Of a stretch of 63,695 bases of DNA, positions 18,880 through 29,317 are shown piece after piece. The translations under genes and the position numbers were made by a program. The notes beneath the pieces were generated by a model that saw only the letters and a program-made list of their open reading frames with translations, was not told the DNA's origin and searched no databases. The stretch is from the IMG/VR virus record IMGVR_UViG_3300021389_000006. One strand, given 5' to 3'. Numbering within the stretch: the stretch's first letter is position 1; every line of letters begins with the position of its first letter. This stretch comes from an uncultured virus (IMG/VR IMGVR_UViG_3300021389_000006) (Duplodnaviria; Heunggongvirae; Uroviricota; Caudoviricetes).

Positions 18880-19299
18880 TTACTGACCAGGTAATATAAT
18901 TTTAGAAGGTTCAGTCTTCTTAAGATCAACAAAGAATTCCTCAACATTAAAGTTATCTGCATTAATTGCAAACATATGAATAAATGTTTCTATGTCAGAC
19001 CTATCACTAAGATAAAACTCAGAGAAAGTGTCAACTAATCTTCTTTCTTCTTTAACAGTTTTACCAGTCTGCATATTAGGTTTCTTTAATCTCATTGGTT
19101 GCCCTTCATCATCTAACTTAGGGACCATGTGATAAGATTGTTTCATCACTTTACTGATGACAGCTAAGATGCCTGATGTTGGATCAAACATAGCTTCTAC
19201 ATATGGTGAGTCATTGCTCACAGGAATTAAAGTAAATGATTTAGCATTTCTAAAACTAGAATTTACTAACATCATATTTTGTCCTATTTGGTTTGCCAT
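18880..19299 (-). CDS. Hypothetical phage protein
   Basis: Clean ORF; TACATTTG promoter element at 19319-19326 (minus). Confidence 0.75.
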   Translation of the reverse strand: MANQIGQNMMLVNSSFRNAKSFTLIPVSNDSPYVEAMFDPTSGILAVISKVMKQSYHMVPKLDDEGQPMRLKKPNMQTGKTVKEERRLVDTFSEFYLSDRSDIETFIHMFAINADNFNVEEFFVDLKKTEPSKIILPGQ

Positions 19300-19309
19300 A
19301 ATTTTTATT

Positions 19310-19891
19310 TTATTTTGTCAAATGTATGGAATCTTTTTTTAATAATTGATATAATAATGCATTATTATCAACTAAAGTTTCCTTTTTTATATCAGGAGTT
19401 GAGCACAACTCACCAATTCCTTCTAGTACTTCTTTACTTACTTGAAAGAATTCAGCATACTCTTCAAAGCTTTCATCAGGTGTAAGAAAAGTATGGATAT
19501 ATTCTCCAGCTTTGTCTGTATCACCAAAGAAATCTGTTATTAGTATTTTAGCATTTAAACTTAACTGAGAATATTTCCCTTTCATGAATCTTTTATGATC
19601 AGGCTTATACCCATTAGATAAATCAAATATGTATGCAACTTTAGTATCTGAAAGTTCTACAAAATCATAGTACATAGGATGCCTATCTAAATGCTTTGCT
19701 GCAAATTCCCTGAAACTTTTTGTGTTCTTAGTTTTATATTCTAGAATTAACTTACAATCTTCTGGAGCATATACGCCCTCCCAGCAAACATAAGTTTGCA
19801 TTGGGACGTACTTAGCCTTTCTTCCTATCCCTAATAAAGGATATAGGAAAACCTTACTCTTTTGAAAATAGTCAGTATACACCAAACCCAT
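19310..19891 (-). CDS. Hypothetical protein in replication module
   Basis: KSKVFLYPLLG and FMKGKYSQLS motifs; follows the nuclease gene. Confidence 0.75.
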   Translation of the reverse strand: MGLVYTDYFQKSKVFLYPLLGIGRKAKYVPMQTYVCWEGVYAPEDCKLILEYKTKNTKSFREFAAKHLDRHPMYYDFVELSDTKVAYIFDLSNGYKPDHKRFMKGKYSQLSLNAKILITDFFGDTDKAGEYIHTFLTPDESFEEYAEFFQVSKEVLEGIGELCSTPDIKKETLVDNNALLYQLLKKDSIHLTK

Positions 19892-19892
19892 A

Positions 19893-20885
19893 CTATAAGG
19901 TAACTTTATTTACCAAAAAGTCCATAGGAAGTGAGTAGTTTCTACTATTATAATGAAATTTTGCAGTGTTTATTACACCTTCTAGACCATTTGTCCATGC
20001 ACTTATGCTTTCATTACTTACATTAAACACATATACCTGGTTGTATTTATCTATTACAATAAACTTAAACTCTAAGGTATATTCATCTGCTTTATCTCCT
20101 AAGAAATCATATACAAGCTTCATATAAACAGCTGCTTGTAACCAATAATTATAGAAGTCAACAGTTTCTCTAAAGTCAGCAACTGTTTTACCTGTAGTTT
20201 TTAAATCACAGATGGTAGCTACTTTCTTATCATTATCTATCTTTAAATAATCTACATAACCATGTAAACCAAAATCTACATCTTTAAGTTCTGATTTAAG
20301 ATATTTCTCACAGTGTATCTCAATAGGATCAAGATCAAAGTCAGTAGTCTCATCAGAAAATAATGACATAACCTCATCATTATTCTTTAAGTAATTAATA
20401 CTTTCTGTTACTCTTTGATTTGTATCCTGATCTATTACATCAACACTAGGATTTTGTAAGAACTTCCAATAAGTTTCAGCTTCTTCTGTTCTTATCTTAG
20501 ATAGTCTTGAGTCATCAGCTTTAAGAGATTGATATAGGTTTAAATTCTTAAGTGAATCTAAAATTACAAAATCCTCACAGCTGTCTAAGGTTTCAGCATC
20601 TGTATGAAGAGACATGTCTTTTAATACCTTTCTTATATTATCACTAGGTAACTTACCCGGTACAATATTAAACTTGGTAGTAAATTGTTCTGGCTCAAAC
20701 ATTAAACAATGTAGAGCTTTCCCTTCAATTAAATGCTTGTCTGTTCTGATCTCACGATCCTTCAGTATATAGTCCTTGTAAAACAAGGATGGTGAAAATA
20801 AAAGTTTATTTAAAGAGGAGTAACTAAAGCAGAAATCTTTGTCTGCATAGAATTCCTCCTCTTTATCTTTATTGTTTTTTATCAT
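19893..20885 (-). CDS. PD-(D/E)XK exonuclease (RecE/Cas4-like)
   Basis: SYSSL, GKALHC, E..L, GYVD, DLKTT, YWLQAAVY. Confidence 0.85.
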   Translation of the reverse strand: MIKNNKDKEEEFYADKDFCFSYSSLNKLLFSPSLFYKDYILKDREIRTDKHLIEGKALHCLMFEPEQFTTKFNIVPGKLPSDNIRKVLKDMSLHTDAETLDSCEDFVILDSLKNLNLYQSLKADDSRLSKIRTEEAETYWKFLQNPSVDVIDQDTNQRVTESINYLKNNDEVMSLFSDETTDFDLDPIEIHCEKYLKSELKDVDFGLHGYVDYLKIDNDKKVATICDLKTTGKTVADFRETVDFYNYWLQAAVYMKLVYDFLGDKADEYTLEFKFIVIDKYNQVYVFNVSNESISAWTNGLEGVINTAKFHYNSRNYSLPMDFLVNKVTL

Positions 20886-21006
20886 TCAGTTTATCTAATT
20901 TTTGTTGTAGCTTCTGTATCTGTTTTTTCATATCACGTGTCTGTGTTTTTGTTTTATAAAACAGTATAGTGTCTATCAACATTTGTATATCATCTTTTTT
21001 ACTCAT
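20869..21006 (-). CDS. Small coiled-coil protein (45 aa)
   Basis: Manual translation MSKKDDIQMLIDTILFYK...QKLDKLNDKKQ fills the gap with overlaps at both ends. Confidence 0.5.
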   Translation of the reverse strand: MSKKDDIQMLIDTILFYKTKTQTRDMKKQIQKLQQKLDKLNDKKQ

Positions 21007-22183
21007 TGTTAATGTTATTAGTTAGGTCTTCTCTTAAGTAGAGGTCCTCTATATTCACATTAAAATAAGCTTGATCATTATCTGTACCTACGCTAGAAGA
21101 GAGAATGTTTTTATAGAGTTTTTCTCTTGTGTAATCTATAGCAAACTTAGTTAATTTATCAACAGAAATCAAGTTTTTTATATAATTATTATAAGCATAG
21201 ATGGAGTTATCTGAACCACCATGTTGAAATAAACTCATCTTACTTCTCAGGGCTTTAACATTAACTGTATTCCAATTATTGGTATCCTTAAGCCAGTCAT
21301 AGTACCAGTAATAAATGATACTAACAACATCATAAGATTTATTTACATTACAATTTGATAATAGTTCTAGAGCTAATGATCTATTATCTCTATCACTACT
21401 ACTAATCATAGCAATCATATTGTCCAACTCACTATTTTCAATAACAGCCAAGTCTTCATCAATGATATTAGCAACATCAACATCAAATACTAATTGTGAT
21501 GTAGTGTTAACTATCTTATGATATGTATCAATTTTATCTTGTCCTGTAATTACAACTTGTCTGCCTCCATCATCACCTTTGTCATTGCAATCATCAAGAA
21601 ATTTCTGAATTAATCTACATGTATCACCCATAGGATTAGAGTTATCATAATGATAATAATTTCTCTCAACCTGTATTCTAGACTCTTGAGGTATACCGTC
21701 TAACATATCTCTACAACGGCCTAAGCTATCTGCTGTTAACATGTCAGCCTTTTTAAGATAGGCAAGGAATTTATAAAACTGTGAGTATGTTAATGAAGCA
21801 TACCATTGGGTCTCCATTAATTTTCTCATACCATTTATAGAAATAATTTCAACATCAGCTCTATCTGCTATTCTGGTAACTTTACAGTTAAATTTATCCT
21901 TTAATAAATCTACCTTTTGTCTTGGTAAATCTAGATTTGGCCATCTATACAACTTTTTATCTTGTATATTTATTTCTTCTGGCATAGGAGGTAAAACAGA
22001 ACGTATAAGTTTGCTGTCTATTTCCCAACCTGTAGTACGGCCTATATATAAACCATATTCTTGTAATTGAAATGCATTAGCAAGTAGTTTGTTAGTGGTT
22101 TTATTACCACCAACAATACTCTCTGCATTTGTTACAGTAGTTTGGTCTTCTATTTTTATACTTAATTTGAAATACTTAATCAT
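20999..22183 (-). CDS. MoxR/vWA-associated protein, paralog B
   Basis: Shares two blocks with 22188-23222. Confidence 0.75.
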   Translation of the reverse strand: MIKYFKLSIKIEDQTTVTNAESIVGGNKTTNKLLANAFQLQEYGLYIGRTTGWEIDSKLIRSVLPPMPEEINIQDKKLYRWPNLDLPRQKVDLLKDKFNCKVTRIADRADVEIISINGMRKLMETQWYASLTYSQFYKFLAYLKKADMLTADSLGRCRDMLDGIPQESRIQVERNYYHYDNSNPMGDTCRLIQKFLDDCNDKGDDGGRQVVITGQDKIDTYHKIVNTTSQLVFDVDVANIIDEDLAVIENSELDNMIAMISSSDRDNRSLALELLSNCNVNKSYDVVSIIYYWYYDWLKDTNNWNTVNVKALRSKMSLFQHGGSDNSIYAYNNYIKNLISVDKLTKFAIDYTREKLYKNILSSSVGTDNDQAYFNVNIEDLYLREDLTNNINNE

Positions 22184-22187
22184 AATT

Positions 22188-23222
22188 TTATTTTAAATAT
22201 TGTTGATACTCTTTTTTAACAGCTACTCTAAAGGTATAAAGATCTCTGTTCTGTATACTGATTTCTGATCTAACTATAGGCTCTAAATATCTAAAGGTTG
22301 TCTTACATAACAAGTCACGGTCTTCTAACCATAATATCATGTCTTGTGCAGACTTTCTATAGAATGTAGTGAAGTTAGATTCTTTAAGCCAGTATTGTAA
22401 ATCCTTATCTCTATTGTCAGCATACTCAAGATTATTACAGTCTTGTGCTAGCTGCCATAATAAATGATAGTTCTTAGTATAATCTATATTAGGAACAATC
22501 TTTATAGCTAAAGCTTTATCATCATTGTAAGAATTCAATTGAGTTTTAAGATCAGACAGAAGCTGTTCATCTAAAACTAATTTTGTTGCTGATGCATGTA
22601 ATACTGTCTCAGTATCAATAACACTTACATCTGTTGTATCAATAATATGAGCAAGATTTACTGCCATACCTGTTAGCATCCATACATCTAATAGGTTGTC
22701 ATTCATATCTACATCATAATATCTTACACGATCTGTGATCTGAGGTGTTACTATACACTCTACGCCTGAATCACCTATAGCTTTAAGCACACCTGTATCA
22801 TCACTATCTCCAAGAGTTGTCTCATAGTTCCACAATTTATTCATCATTATGGTAGATGGGATCTTCTCAGCATTATTTAGTTTATATGTGCTTATATCAT
22901 CATGACCAATAATTAAATCTGCTAATTCATAGTCATTAGTAACAGTTATACCATGCTCCTTAAGAGCTGCTTTCATTCTATCTTGTGATACATTACACTT
23001 TGGTAATATGAAAGCTTTCTTTTTGGTTCTAAAAGTTTGTCCGTCTTCTGTAGGGACAGTTAATATACTGTGTATTTTGTTATATGTGGTTTCATCTTGA
23101 CTGATTAATACTTTATCAATACCCATAGAGCTAGAAACCAACCCGTATAAAGGGTCAGTTTCTAGTCCAAAGTATTTCAGTGCATCATTATCAAAGTCTT
23201 GATATACTGATTTTGTTGCCAT
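22188..23222 (-). CDS. MoxR/vWA-associated protein, paralog A
   Basis: Shares two blocks with 20999-22183; 1 bp from the ATPase stop. Confidence 0.75.
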   Translation of the reverse strand: MATKSVYQDFDNDALKYFGLETDPLYGLVSSSMGIDKVLISQDETTYNKIHSILTVPTEDGQTFRTKKKAFILPKCNVSQDRMKAALKEHGITVTNDYELADLIIGHDDISTYKLNNAEKIPSTIMMNKLWNYETTLGDSDDTGVLKAIGDSGVECIVTPQITDRVRYYDVDMNDNLLDVWMLTGMAVNLAHIIDTTDVSVIDTETVLHASATKLVLDEQLLSDLKTQLNSYNDDKALAIKIVPNIDYTKNYHLLWQLAQDCNNLEYADNRDKDLQYWLKESNFTTFYRKSAQDMILWLEDRDLLCKTTFRYLEPIVRSEISIQNRDLYTFRVAVKKEYQQYLK

Positions 23223-23223
23223 T

Positions 23224-24492
23224 TTATTTCATTGTCATTTTAATGATGTCTGGATTCATCATCATTTTATTAAACTTCTTTTTATTACCGTTGAAGATTG
23301 TTCTTACAATTAAATACTTTAGATCATTAGTAAAATAATCCTTTGTACATAATGCAATTAATCTATCTGTTTGCTTTTGCCCAATAGTATTTTCCTTAGA
23401 ATATACTACAGAGAAGTTACCAAGTCTAGTTGCTAACGTTGCAGCAATATCTGCACGGTAATTATCATCTTTACCAACACAAGATCTAAGCTCATTAAGA
23501 ATATATTGCTCATTATCATGAGTCAATAAATCTTTAGGTGTTACTAGCTTATCAAGCTTGTTATTGATAAAGGTTGTAAACATAGAAGCAAATGCATCAC
23601 CAACACTACCTTCCCCAATCATTTGGATCATAGATAGGTTGTCTTCAAAGTTATCAAAGCTAGATATAGCATTGAAGAACGTTGTTATAGATCTTGCATT
23701 TGTTTCTTGAGTTACTAACTCTGGATGGAGCAACAGGAAGTTAATACATCTAGTATCAATTCCTGCACCCTCAGCCCATTGTGCCCATACATTAACATCA
23801 AACTTCAAGTTAGCGGTTACATATCTAGTCTTCTGTGCACTATCTACACTGTTAACCATATAATCTCCGTTGTCTGGGTTTGCTGTCAAAATTATGTGCC
23901 AGTCTTTTGGTAATGTCCATGAGATGTAAGATTGTCTATCAATCAATTCCATAACTGCTTGAATAAATCTTGTATCTGCACGGTTCCAGTCATCTAATAA
24001 TAGTATACCACCTGACTTTGCATCAGCAATCCATTCTGGTGCACAGTAAGACATTCTGTTCTTACCAGTCATTTTGTAACCATTCTTTAAGTACTCTTGT
24101 ACTGCTAATTCATCTACCCACATACCAACTTTTTTAGTAATGCTTGTGTTAAGATTAGCAAGACTTGCACCAGCTGCTCTTTGAGTTGCTGTAACCATAC
24201 TCACATCTTTATTAGGTACGTTTACTTTCTTTTCCTTATACATTTGAAACTGACGTACAGGGAAACCAACTAAGTCACCTAACTCTTCTATCTGAGCTAG
24301 ATTTAGTTTAACAAATTTCAGATTATTATCTTGTGCAAGCTCTACAATTGTAGAAGTCTTACCAATACCTGATTCACCTACAACTTCTACTGATACAGAA
24401 TTTTTACCTTCTTCTTGCAGATACCTGTTGTTAGTGATTATGTGATTTACAAATCCTTTTAGTTCCGTTACATTTAAATTTACTTGTGCCAT
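23224..24492 (-). CDS. MoxR-like AAA+ ATPase
   Basis: GESGIGKT, LAQIEELGDLVGFP, LLLDDWNRA, ILTANP, DSAQKTR. Confidence 0.9.
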   Translation of the reverse strand: MAQVNLNVTELKGFVNHIITNNRYLQEEGKNSVSVEVVGESGIGKTSTIVELAQDNNLKFVKLNLAQIEELGDLVGFPVRQFQMYKEKKVNVPNKDVSMVTATQRAAGASLANLNTSITKKVGMWVDELAVQEYLKNGYKMTGKNRMSYCAPEWIADAKSGGILLLDDWNRADTRFIQAVMELIDRQSYISWTLPKDWHIILTANPDNGDYMVNSVDSAQKTRYVTANLKFDVNVWAQWAEGAGIDTRCINFLLLHPELVTQETNARSITTFFNAISSFDNFEDNLSMIQMIGEGSVGDAFASMFTTFINNKLDKLVTPKDLLTHDNEQYILNELRSCVGKDDNYRADIAATLATRLGNFSVVYSKENTIGQKQTDRLIALCTKDYFTNDLKYLIVRTIFNGNKKKFNKMMMNPDIIKMTMK

Positions 24493-24501
24493 TTTCTTTT
24501 A

Positions 24502-25665
24502 TTAATTTAATTTGATTACTTGTCCTGGTAATTCATCATTCATATCAGAGATACTACTAAGTACCCATAAGGTATTATTAGGACAGTTCTCTGGAGAATA
24601 TGCTTCACCATCTGTTAAATATATTAAGGCAGTATATTGCCCTTTCTTTTCATTGAAATGATCTACTACTGGTTGGAAGCTTGTTCCACCACGACCATGT
24701 ATTTCCCAATCCACTTTAGGATTAAACTCTTTCACGCTGTTCAAGCGGGTATCACATTGTGCTACTGTAATCTTATGGCCTGTCTTATGCATATGTGTAA
24801 GCTCACTAAAGAATTCTGTTAGCTCTTCATTATTTACAGATCCACTTGTGTCAACACCAACAAGAATATGATTCTTAAATTTAATCTTGAGTCCTGGATT
24901 AGCTGAGTACCTTTTATTGTACTTACGTCTTAGCTTCTTAGTATATACTACACTAGAGTTACCAACAAATCTTCTTAGATAACCTTTCCAATCAAACTTT
25001 GGTGGTTCAATATGCATTAGTCTACGTATAAGATCTGCTAATTCTCCTGGTATATTACCCTGCTTCTTAACTGTTTGCTCAGCAGATTCTTTTAACTGAT
25101 GCTCTATTTGCTTTTGCATTAGTTTTTTATCTGCTTCAGGTAAATCATCAAACTCTTCCCATGTACCATGACAAAAAGGTGAGTTACCATCCATCTGATT
25201 CATAAGACTATCTAATGAAGGAGATGTGCCATCTTCTTTAGCCTGTTGCAAAAGATCATAATATTCTTTTGTACCTGCTTTTTTAGGAAGATTTAATTCA
25301 GGAAAACTACTTAATAACAATCCGCCTTCAGGCAAATTGCTTTCCAGTATGTACTGGTTTATCTCTAAGTCTGCAGCTATATTAAATAACTTTTTATCTG
25401 CATAGAGATCTCTCACAATAAGATGTCCAAAAGCAATATGTAATAACTCATGCTTTATTAATCCAAATCTGTGTGGCTCACTAAGCTCATTAAAGAACTC
25501 AGGATTTATAGTCAATTGTATACCAATATTGTGTTTACTTACACCTGCAGTAGGCAGTTGTATGCTATACTTCTTATTGATACCAATTAAAAAGAGCCCG
25601 TAAAAGGGCTCAGTAAAAATTAAACTTTTGGTTGTTCTTGCAACCTGTTCTTGTACATTAATCAT
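24502..25665 (-). CDS. DUF2201-type metallopeptidase-vWA protein
   Basis: HELLH and NIAADLEIN in the N-terminal part; MIDAS VDTSGS, RGGT, LTDG in the C-terminal part. Confidence 0.9.
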   Translation of the reverse strand: MINVQEQVARTTKSLIFTEPFYGLFLIGINKKYSIQLPTAGVSKHNIGIQLTINPEFFNELSEPHRFGLIKHELLHIAFGHLIVRDLYADKKLFNIAADLEINQYILESNLPEGGLLLSSFPELNLPKKAGTKEYYDLLQQAKEDGTSPSLDSLMNQMDGNSPFCHGTWEEFDDLPEADKKLMQKQIEHQLKESAEQTVKKQGNIPGELADLIRRLMHIEPPKFDWKGYLRRFVGNSSVVYTKKLRRKYNKRYSANPGLKIKFKNHILVGVDTSGSVNNEELTEFFSELTHMHKTGHKITVAQCDTRLNSVKEFNPKVDWEIHGRGGTSFQPVVDHFNEKKGQYTALIYLTDGEAYSPENCPNNTLWVLSSISDMNDELPGQVIKLN

Positions 25666-25945
25666 CCATTAATTTATCTAAGATTTGTTTGTATATATCA
25701 TTAGCTTGTTCTAATGATAGGAATGTATATAGGGTTTTGCCAGTTTTAGTAACAAGATTCATTTGGACAGCTTCAGCAAAATACTTTCTATCTTTAAACA
25801 ATAACGCCTTTAGCATTAGTTCATTTAAGATATGTTTATCTTGATATTGTGTATTGTATAATTCTAGTGCCAAACTTTTATCTTCTTCAGATCCACTAAA
25901 CATTTCTTTTATTCTAAAAAATTCTTCAATTGATATTATCTTCAT
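25658..25945 (-). CDS. Small helical protein related to the MoxR-associated paralogs
   Basis: IKEMFSGSEEDKSLALEL matches MIAMISSSDRDNRSLALEL of 20999-22183. Confidence 0.7.
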   Translation of the reverse strand: MKIISIEEFFRIKEMFSGSEEDKSLALELYNTQYQDKHILNELMLKALLFKDRKYFAEAVQMNLVTKTGKTLYTFLSLEQANDIYKQILDKLMDD

Positions 25946-26318
25946 CTAATATTAGTTCTATCCATACACCGGGATTCTTCTTATCATAACTATATTCTTT
26001 GAAAGCAGGTATTATAAATTCTGCATTGTCATCTTCTATCCATCCATACTTGACCATATCATCTTGCACAGTTTGTGCAGGATTAATATAATCAAACTTA
26101 TGTCTGCTGCCTCTAACAAATTCAAAACTTATTCTAACAGGAAGCTCTAGATCTTTTATTGCATCTTTAAACTCTTCTGTTAGTTCTGTGTATCTATCTT
26201 TAGTAGCTTTTCTGTAATTCATTACAGCCTTGCTAGCAATAAAATATTTACCAGTCCACCTTCTTCCATTTTTACTACTTGGAACATTACCGGGTATAAA
26301 CCATCTTCTTTTAACCAT
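25926..26318 (-). CDS. RusA-like Holliday junction resolvase
   Basis: PGNVPSSKN, FDYIN..Q...D.M...GWIEDDN. Confidence 0.75.
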   Translation of the reverse strand: MVKRRWFIPGNVPSSKNGRRWTGKYFIASKAVMNYRKATKDRYTELTEEFKDAIKDLELPVRISFEFVRGSRHKFDYINPAQTVQDDMVKYGWIEDDNAEFIIPAFKEYSYDKKNPGVWIELILDEDNIN

Positions 26319-26320
26319 AA

Positions 26321-27298
26321 CTATTTATTTAAGGTTTGTTTTAATAATGGTTGTATTGCTTTATGAAACTCTTTAAATCCAATTTGCTTCATAGCATCAG
26401 ATACATCTTTAGCTATAGGACAAATTATTCCATCCAGTTTATAAAGGTTATTATATTTATTTACTGCAGTTTTACCTGCTTCATCATTATCAAAAAGTGT
26501 TATTACTTTTTTATACTTTCTCTTCAAGTGTTCTATAACATGTGGTTTAATCATAGTATTCTCACTGTCTGGTGCTAATACTTCTATGTTATAACCCATA
26601 CCTTTTAAACACATTGCATCTTTAAGAGATGAGCATATAATTAAATAAGGTTGGTCAAACTTCAATTGATCAAAGCCCTGCAAATAAGGCTTAACTTTAT
26701 GAAACTTATGTTTCTTGCTATGAGGTTGGTATATTTTATATACTTCATTCTTCTTATCAAAGTATCCATACATATGCTTACTACCAATTCTCAATTTTTT
26801 AACTTCATTTGACTCTTCTTTGATTAGGTTATAATAATCTATAGGTTTTACATTATATGACTCTAGCATTGTTTTACCAATCCTAAAGGATAACCAATAA
26901 TCTCTGTCTTCCACGGTCCATTGTCTTTCTTTAATGAAATCAACTTCCCATTTAGACTGAGGCTCAAACTTCTGTTCAATATATTCTGATGAACTCACGT
27001 ACTTGTTGTAATCCCTTACCATTCTCTGCATTGCAGTAGGAAAATCTAAGCTAAATAATTCTTTAACTAAATCAACCTTATTGCCGCTCTTACCAGTTGA
27101 GAAATCCTTAAACTTATATTGCATAACTGTCTTATCAACATATATACAAAAGCTTGGTGTTCTCTCAGTACTATTAAAGATAGAAACAATCTTTAAGTCT
27201 TGACCTGTAAGTCTTTCTGGTAGATCTAAATAGTATTGAAAAACCCATGTACTTGGTATATCAGATCCTTCTAGTACAAAGTTTTTAGTATTAAACAT
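26321..27298 (-). CDS. DNA primase (TOPRIM, crAss-type)
   Basis: ERTPS, FKDFSTG, KIYQP, SSLKDAM, FDNDEAG, KDVSD. Confidence 0.85.
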   Translation of the reverse strand: MFNTKNFVLEGSDIPSTWVFQYYLDLPERLTGQDLKIVSIFNSTERTPSFCIYVDKTVMQYKFKDFSTGKSGNKVDLVKELFSLDFPTAMQRMVRDYNKYVSSSEYIEQKFEPQSKWEVDFIKERQWTVEDRDYWLSFRIGKTMLESYNVKPIDYYNLIKEESNEVKKLRIGSKHMYGYFDKKNEVYKIYQPHSKKHKFHKVKPYLQGFDQLKFDQPYLIICSSLKDAMCLKGMGYNIEVLAPDSENTMIKPHVIEHLKRKYKKVITLFDNDEAGKTAVNKYNNLYKLDGIICPIAKDVSDAMKQIGFKEFHKAIQPLLKQTLNK

Positions 27299-27312
27299 AT
27301 AACAAAAATAAT

Positions 27313-27354
27313 AAAAAGATATGGGCCCAGCATTACACTGAGCCCACTCTTTTT
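27313..27354. terminator. Terminator-like hairpin
   Basis: TGGGCCCAG/CTGAGCCCA stem with flanking A/T runs. Confidence 0.5.
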
Positions 27355-27364
27355 AAATTACTAA

Positions 27365-28039
27365 CTACAAATCAAAGTCATCACCTGTTGATCCTGCTGG
27401 CTCAAAGCTAGTTGTTGTAGCAACTTCCTTCTTAACCATAGGTCTAAAGTGATTAGTGTCATTCTTGTCAAAGGTAAGTAAGTTAGAATTTTCTGTTTCT
27501 AAAGCTTCTAACGGTACACCGTTTCTACTTCTCTTAGGTAAGAACAAATCATTATTTACATAACCTTCTTTGTTTTCCCACTCACGTGCACCTAAGCATG
27601 CATTAATATAATCAGTACCTGAACATACTTTTGCAGCCTTAACCATAAAGTCTTCAATAGTATTTGCTTCAATAGCATCAAGTTCATCTCTTTTATTTAC
27701 AACCTCTGATAAAAATACCATAGCTTTCAATACTTCTGTATCTCTACTAATCTCATTACCATTAGCTAAAGTTGCATCCTTAAATGGATACGGTGAGAAT
27801 CTAACTCTGCCTACTTGACCTTCATAACGTGGTCCATTAGGGTTGTTCATATCTTTTAAGAAGCCATTGAACTCTCCTGTTACTGGCTCACCTTCTATAT
27901 GTAGTGTAATATTATATGCATCTGCATCATATGGTGTTTGATCAAAGGTAATAGAGTTGATTTTAACTTTGTGATTACCTGTTCCAATTACTGGTTTAAT
28001 TCCACCTGATCCGGCAGACATGTCTTTAGTACTTAACAT
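27365..28039 (-). CDS. Putative single-stranded DNA-binding protein
   Basis: Lies between Sak4-like ATPase and primase; acidic-aromatic tail GDDFDL. Confidence 0.6.
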   Translation of the reverse strand: MLSTKDMSAGSGGIKPVIGTGNHKVKINSITFDQTPYDADAYNITLHIEGEPVTGEFNGFLKDMNNPNGPRYEGQVGRVRFSPYPFKDATLANGNEISRDTEVLKAMVFLSEVVNKRDELDAIEANTIEDFMVKAAKVCSGTDYINACLGAREWENKEGYVNNDLFLPKRSRNGVPLEALETENSNLLTFDKNDTNHFRPMVKKEVATTTSFEPAGSTGDDFDL

Positions 28040-28067
28040 AATTTACTTTTTTTATTAATTATTAATT

Positions 28068-28751
28068 TTACTTATTGTATTCTTCAATACAATTCTTTAC
28101 TAATTGTAAGTCATTTGGAATAAATGATTCCTCAAACATACCCATTGGTGATTTACATGTGTTCTCTCCATTGTTTTGAGTTTCAAAACCATATTCAAGT
28201 TCACCATCATCATTTTTATTTACTCTTCCAAAGAGCACAATAGAGAATAGACCTTCTAAAGTTAGAGTATTGTCAATCATTTTACCAATAGTCTTTGCTT
28301 TAACTTTTCTATTTCCATTTATATCAGTTGAATCTTCTGAGTGAGTCAAAAAGATTATAGTTAGATCATCTCTCAAATCTTTAGGAAGCTTAGCAACCAT
28401 TGCTAAGTTAGCTGCAATTTGAGTAAACTTATCATAACCTTTCTCATTAGCTCTATCAAAGTATTCAAAAGAACTCATATACTGCCAGTCATCTACAACA
28501 ATTGTTTTGATGTCTGTCATCTTATCATTAACATGCTTCATTGCCTTAATAATACCAGGAGCTGATGCTGCTGATGTTAAATTACCTTTTGGGTTTTCCT
28601 TACTAATCTGAGTATACTTACTCTTATAGCCTTTAAAAGGTAAAGGTTTATTTGCAATGTTAATAATGAAAGTCTCTTTGGGATCTAATGTTCTAATTGA
28701 GGTAGACTTTCCTGTACCTGAATCAGCAATTACTAATACGCTTTGTGCCAT
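28068..28751 (-). CDS. AAA_24/Sak4-like ATPase
   Basis: ADSGTGKST, KPLPF, VVDDWQY, FLTHSE, KTIGKMID, CKSPMGMF. Confidence 0.85.
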   Translation of the reverse strand: MAQSVLVIADSGTGKSTSIRTLDPKETFIINIANKPLPFKGYKSKYTQISKENPKGNLTSAASAPGIIKAMKHVNDKMTDIKTIVVDDWQYMSSFEYFDRANEKGYDKFTQIAANLAMVAKLPKDLRDDLTIIFLTHSEDSTDINGNRKVKAKTIGKMIDNTLTLEGLFSIVLFGRVNKNDDGELEYGFETQNNGENTCKSPMGMFEESFIPNDLQLVKNCIEEYNK

Positions 28752-28753
28752 GT

Positions 28754-29317
28754 TTAATTACTTAATTTATTCATAATATTTCTAATTGATTTGAGTGTTT
28801 CATTTAATTCATGTAACGCTTCTGCTACCGGGTTATCAATCTTGTCATCAGGATTAGGTAAACTTGGATTAGCAAAGTCTATTACTCTTTGCTCATTGTC
28901 TATAATGTTTAATCCACCTCCTCTGCTAGTGACATCATTAATTACTTTAAGTTCACTAGCTGGTATCAAGTGTCTTTGAAACCCTGAGTTACTAGTTATT
29001 AGTTCATACTCATCTTTCCAATGAGGATTGTATTTATGTAAATACAAAGTTCTCTTTGGATCTTCTGAGTCATAATCTATACTAACAAACTCTGTGTATA
29101 TATCCTTTTCTTTCTCCATTTCACTTGGAAAGAAACTGACATGTAGGTCATCCTTACCAGATGGTCTATAAGCCATCTTAGGAATATATAATGCATTAAT
29201 AATACCTTCTGTCTGAAAGTAATCTTCATGCTCCTCTCTAAGTTTTGCAACTTTTTTTTTACGTTCTGCTGGTGTTAATCCCATAATTTCTCTATTTATA
29301 TTTTTTGTATTTATCAT
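28754..29317 (-). CDS. Hypothetical protein
   Basis: Clean ORF coupled to the helicase. Confidence 0.75.
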   Translation of the reverse strand: MINTKNINREIMGLTPAERKKKVAKLREEHEDYFQTEGIINALYIPKMAYRPSGKDDLHVSFFPSEMEKEKDIYTEFVSIDYDSEDPKRTLYLHKYNPHWKDEYELITSNSGFQRHLIPASELKVINDVTSRGGGLNIIDNEQRVIDFANPSLPNPDDKIDNPVAEALHELNETLKSIRNIMNKLSN

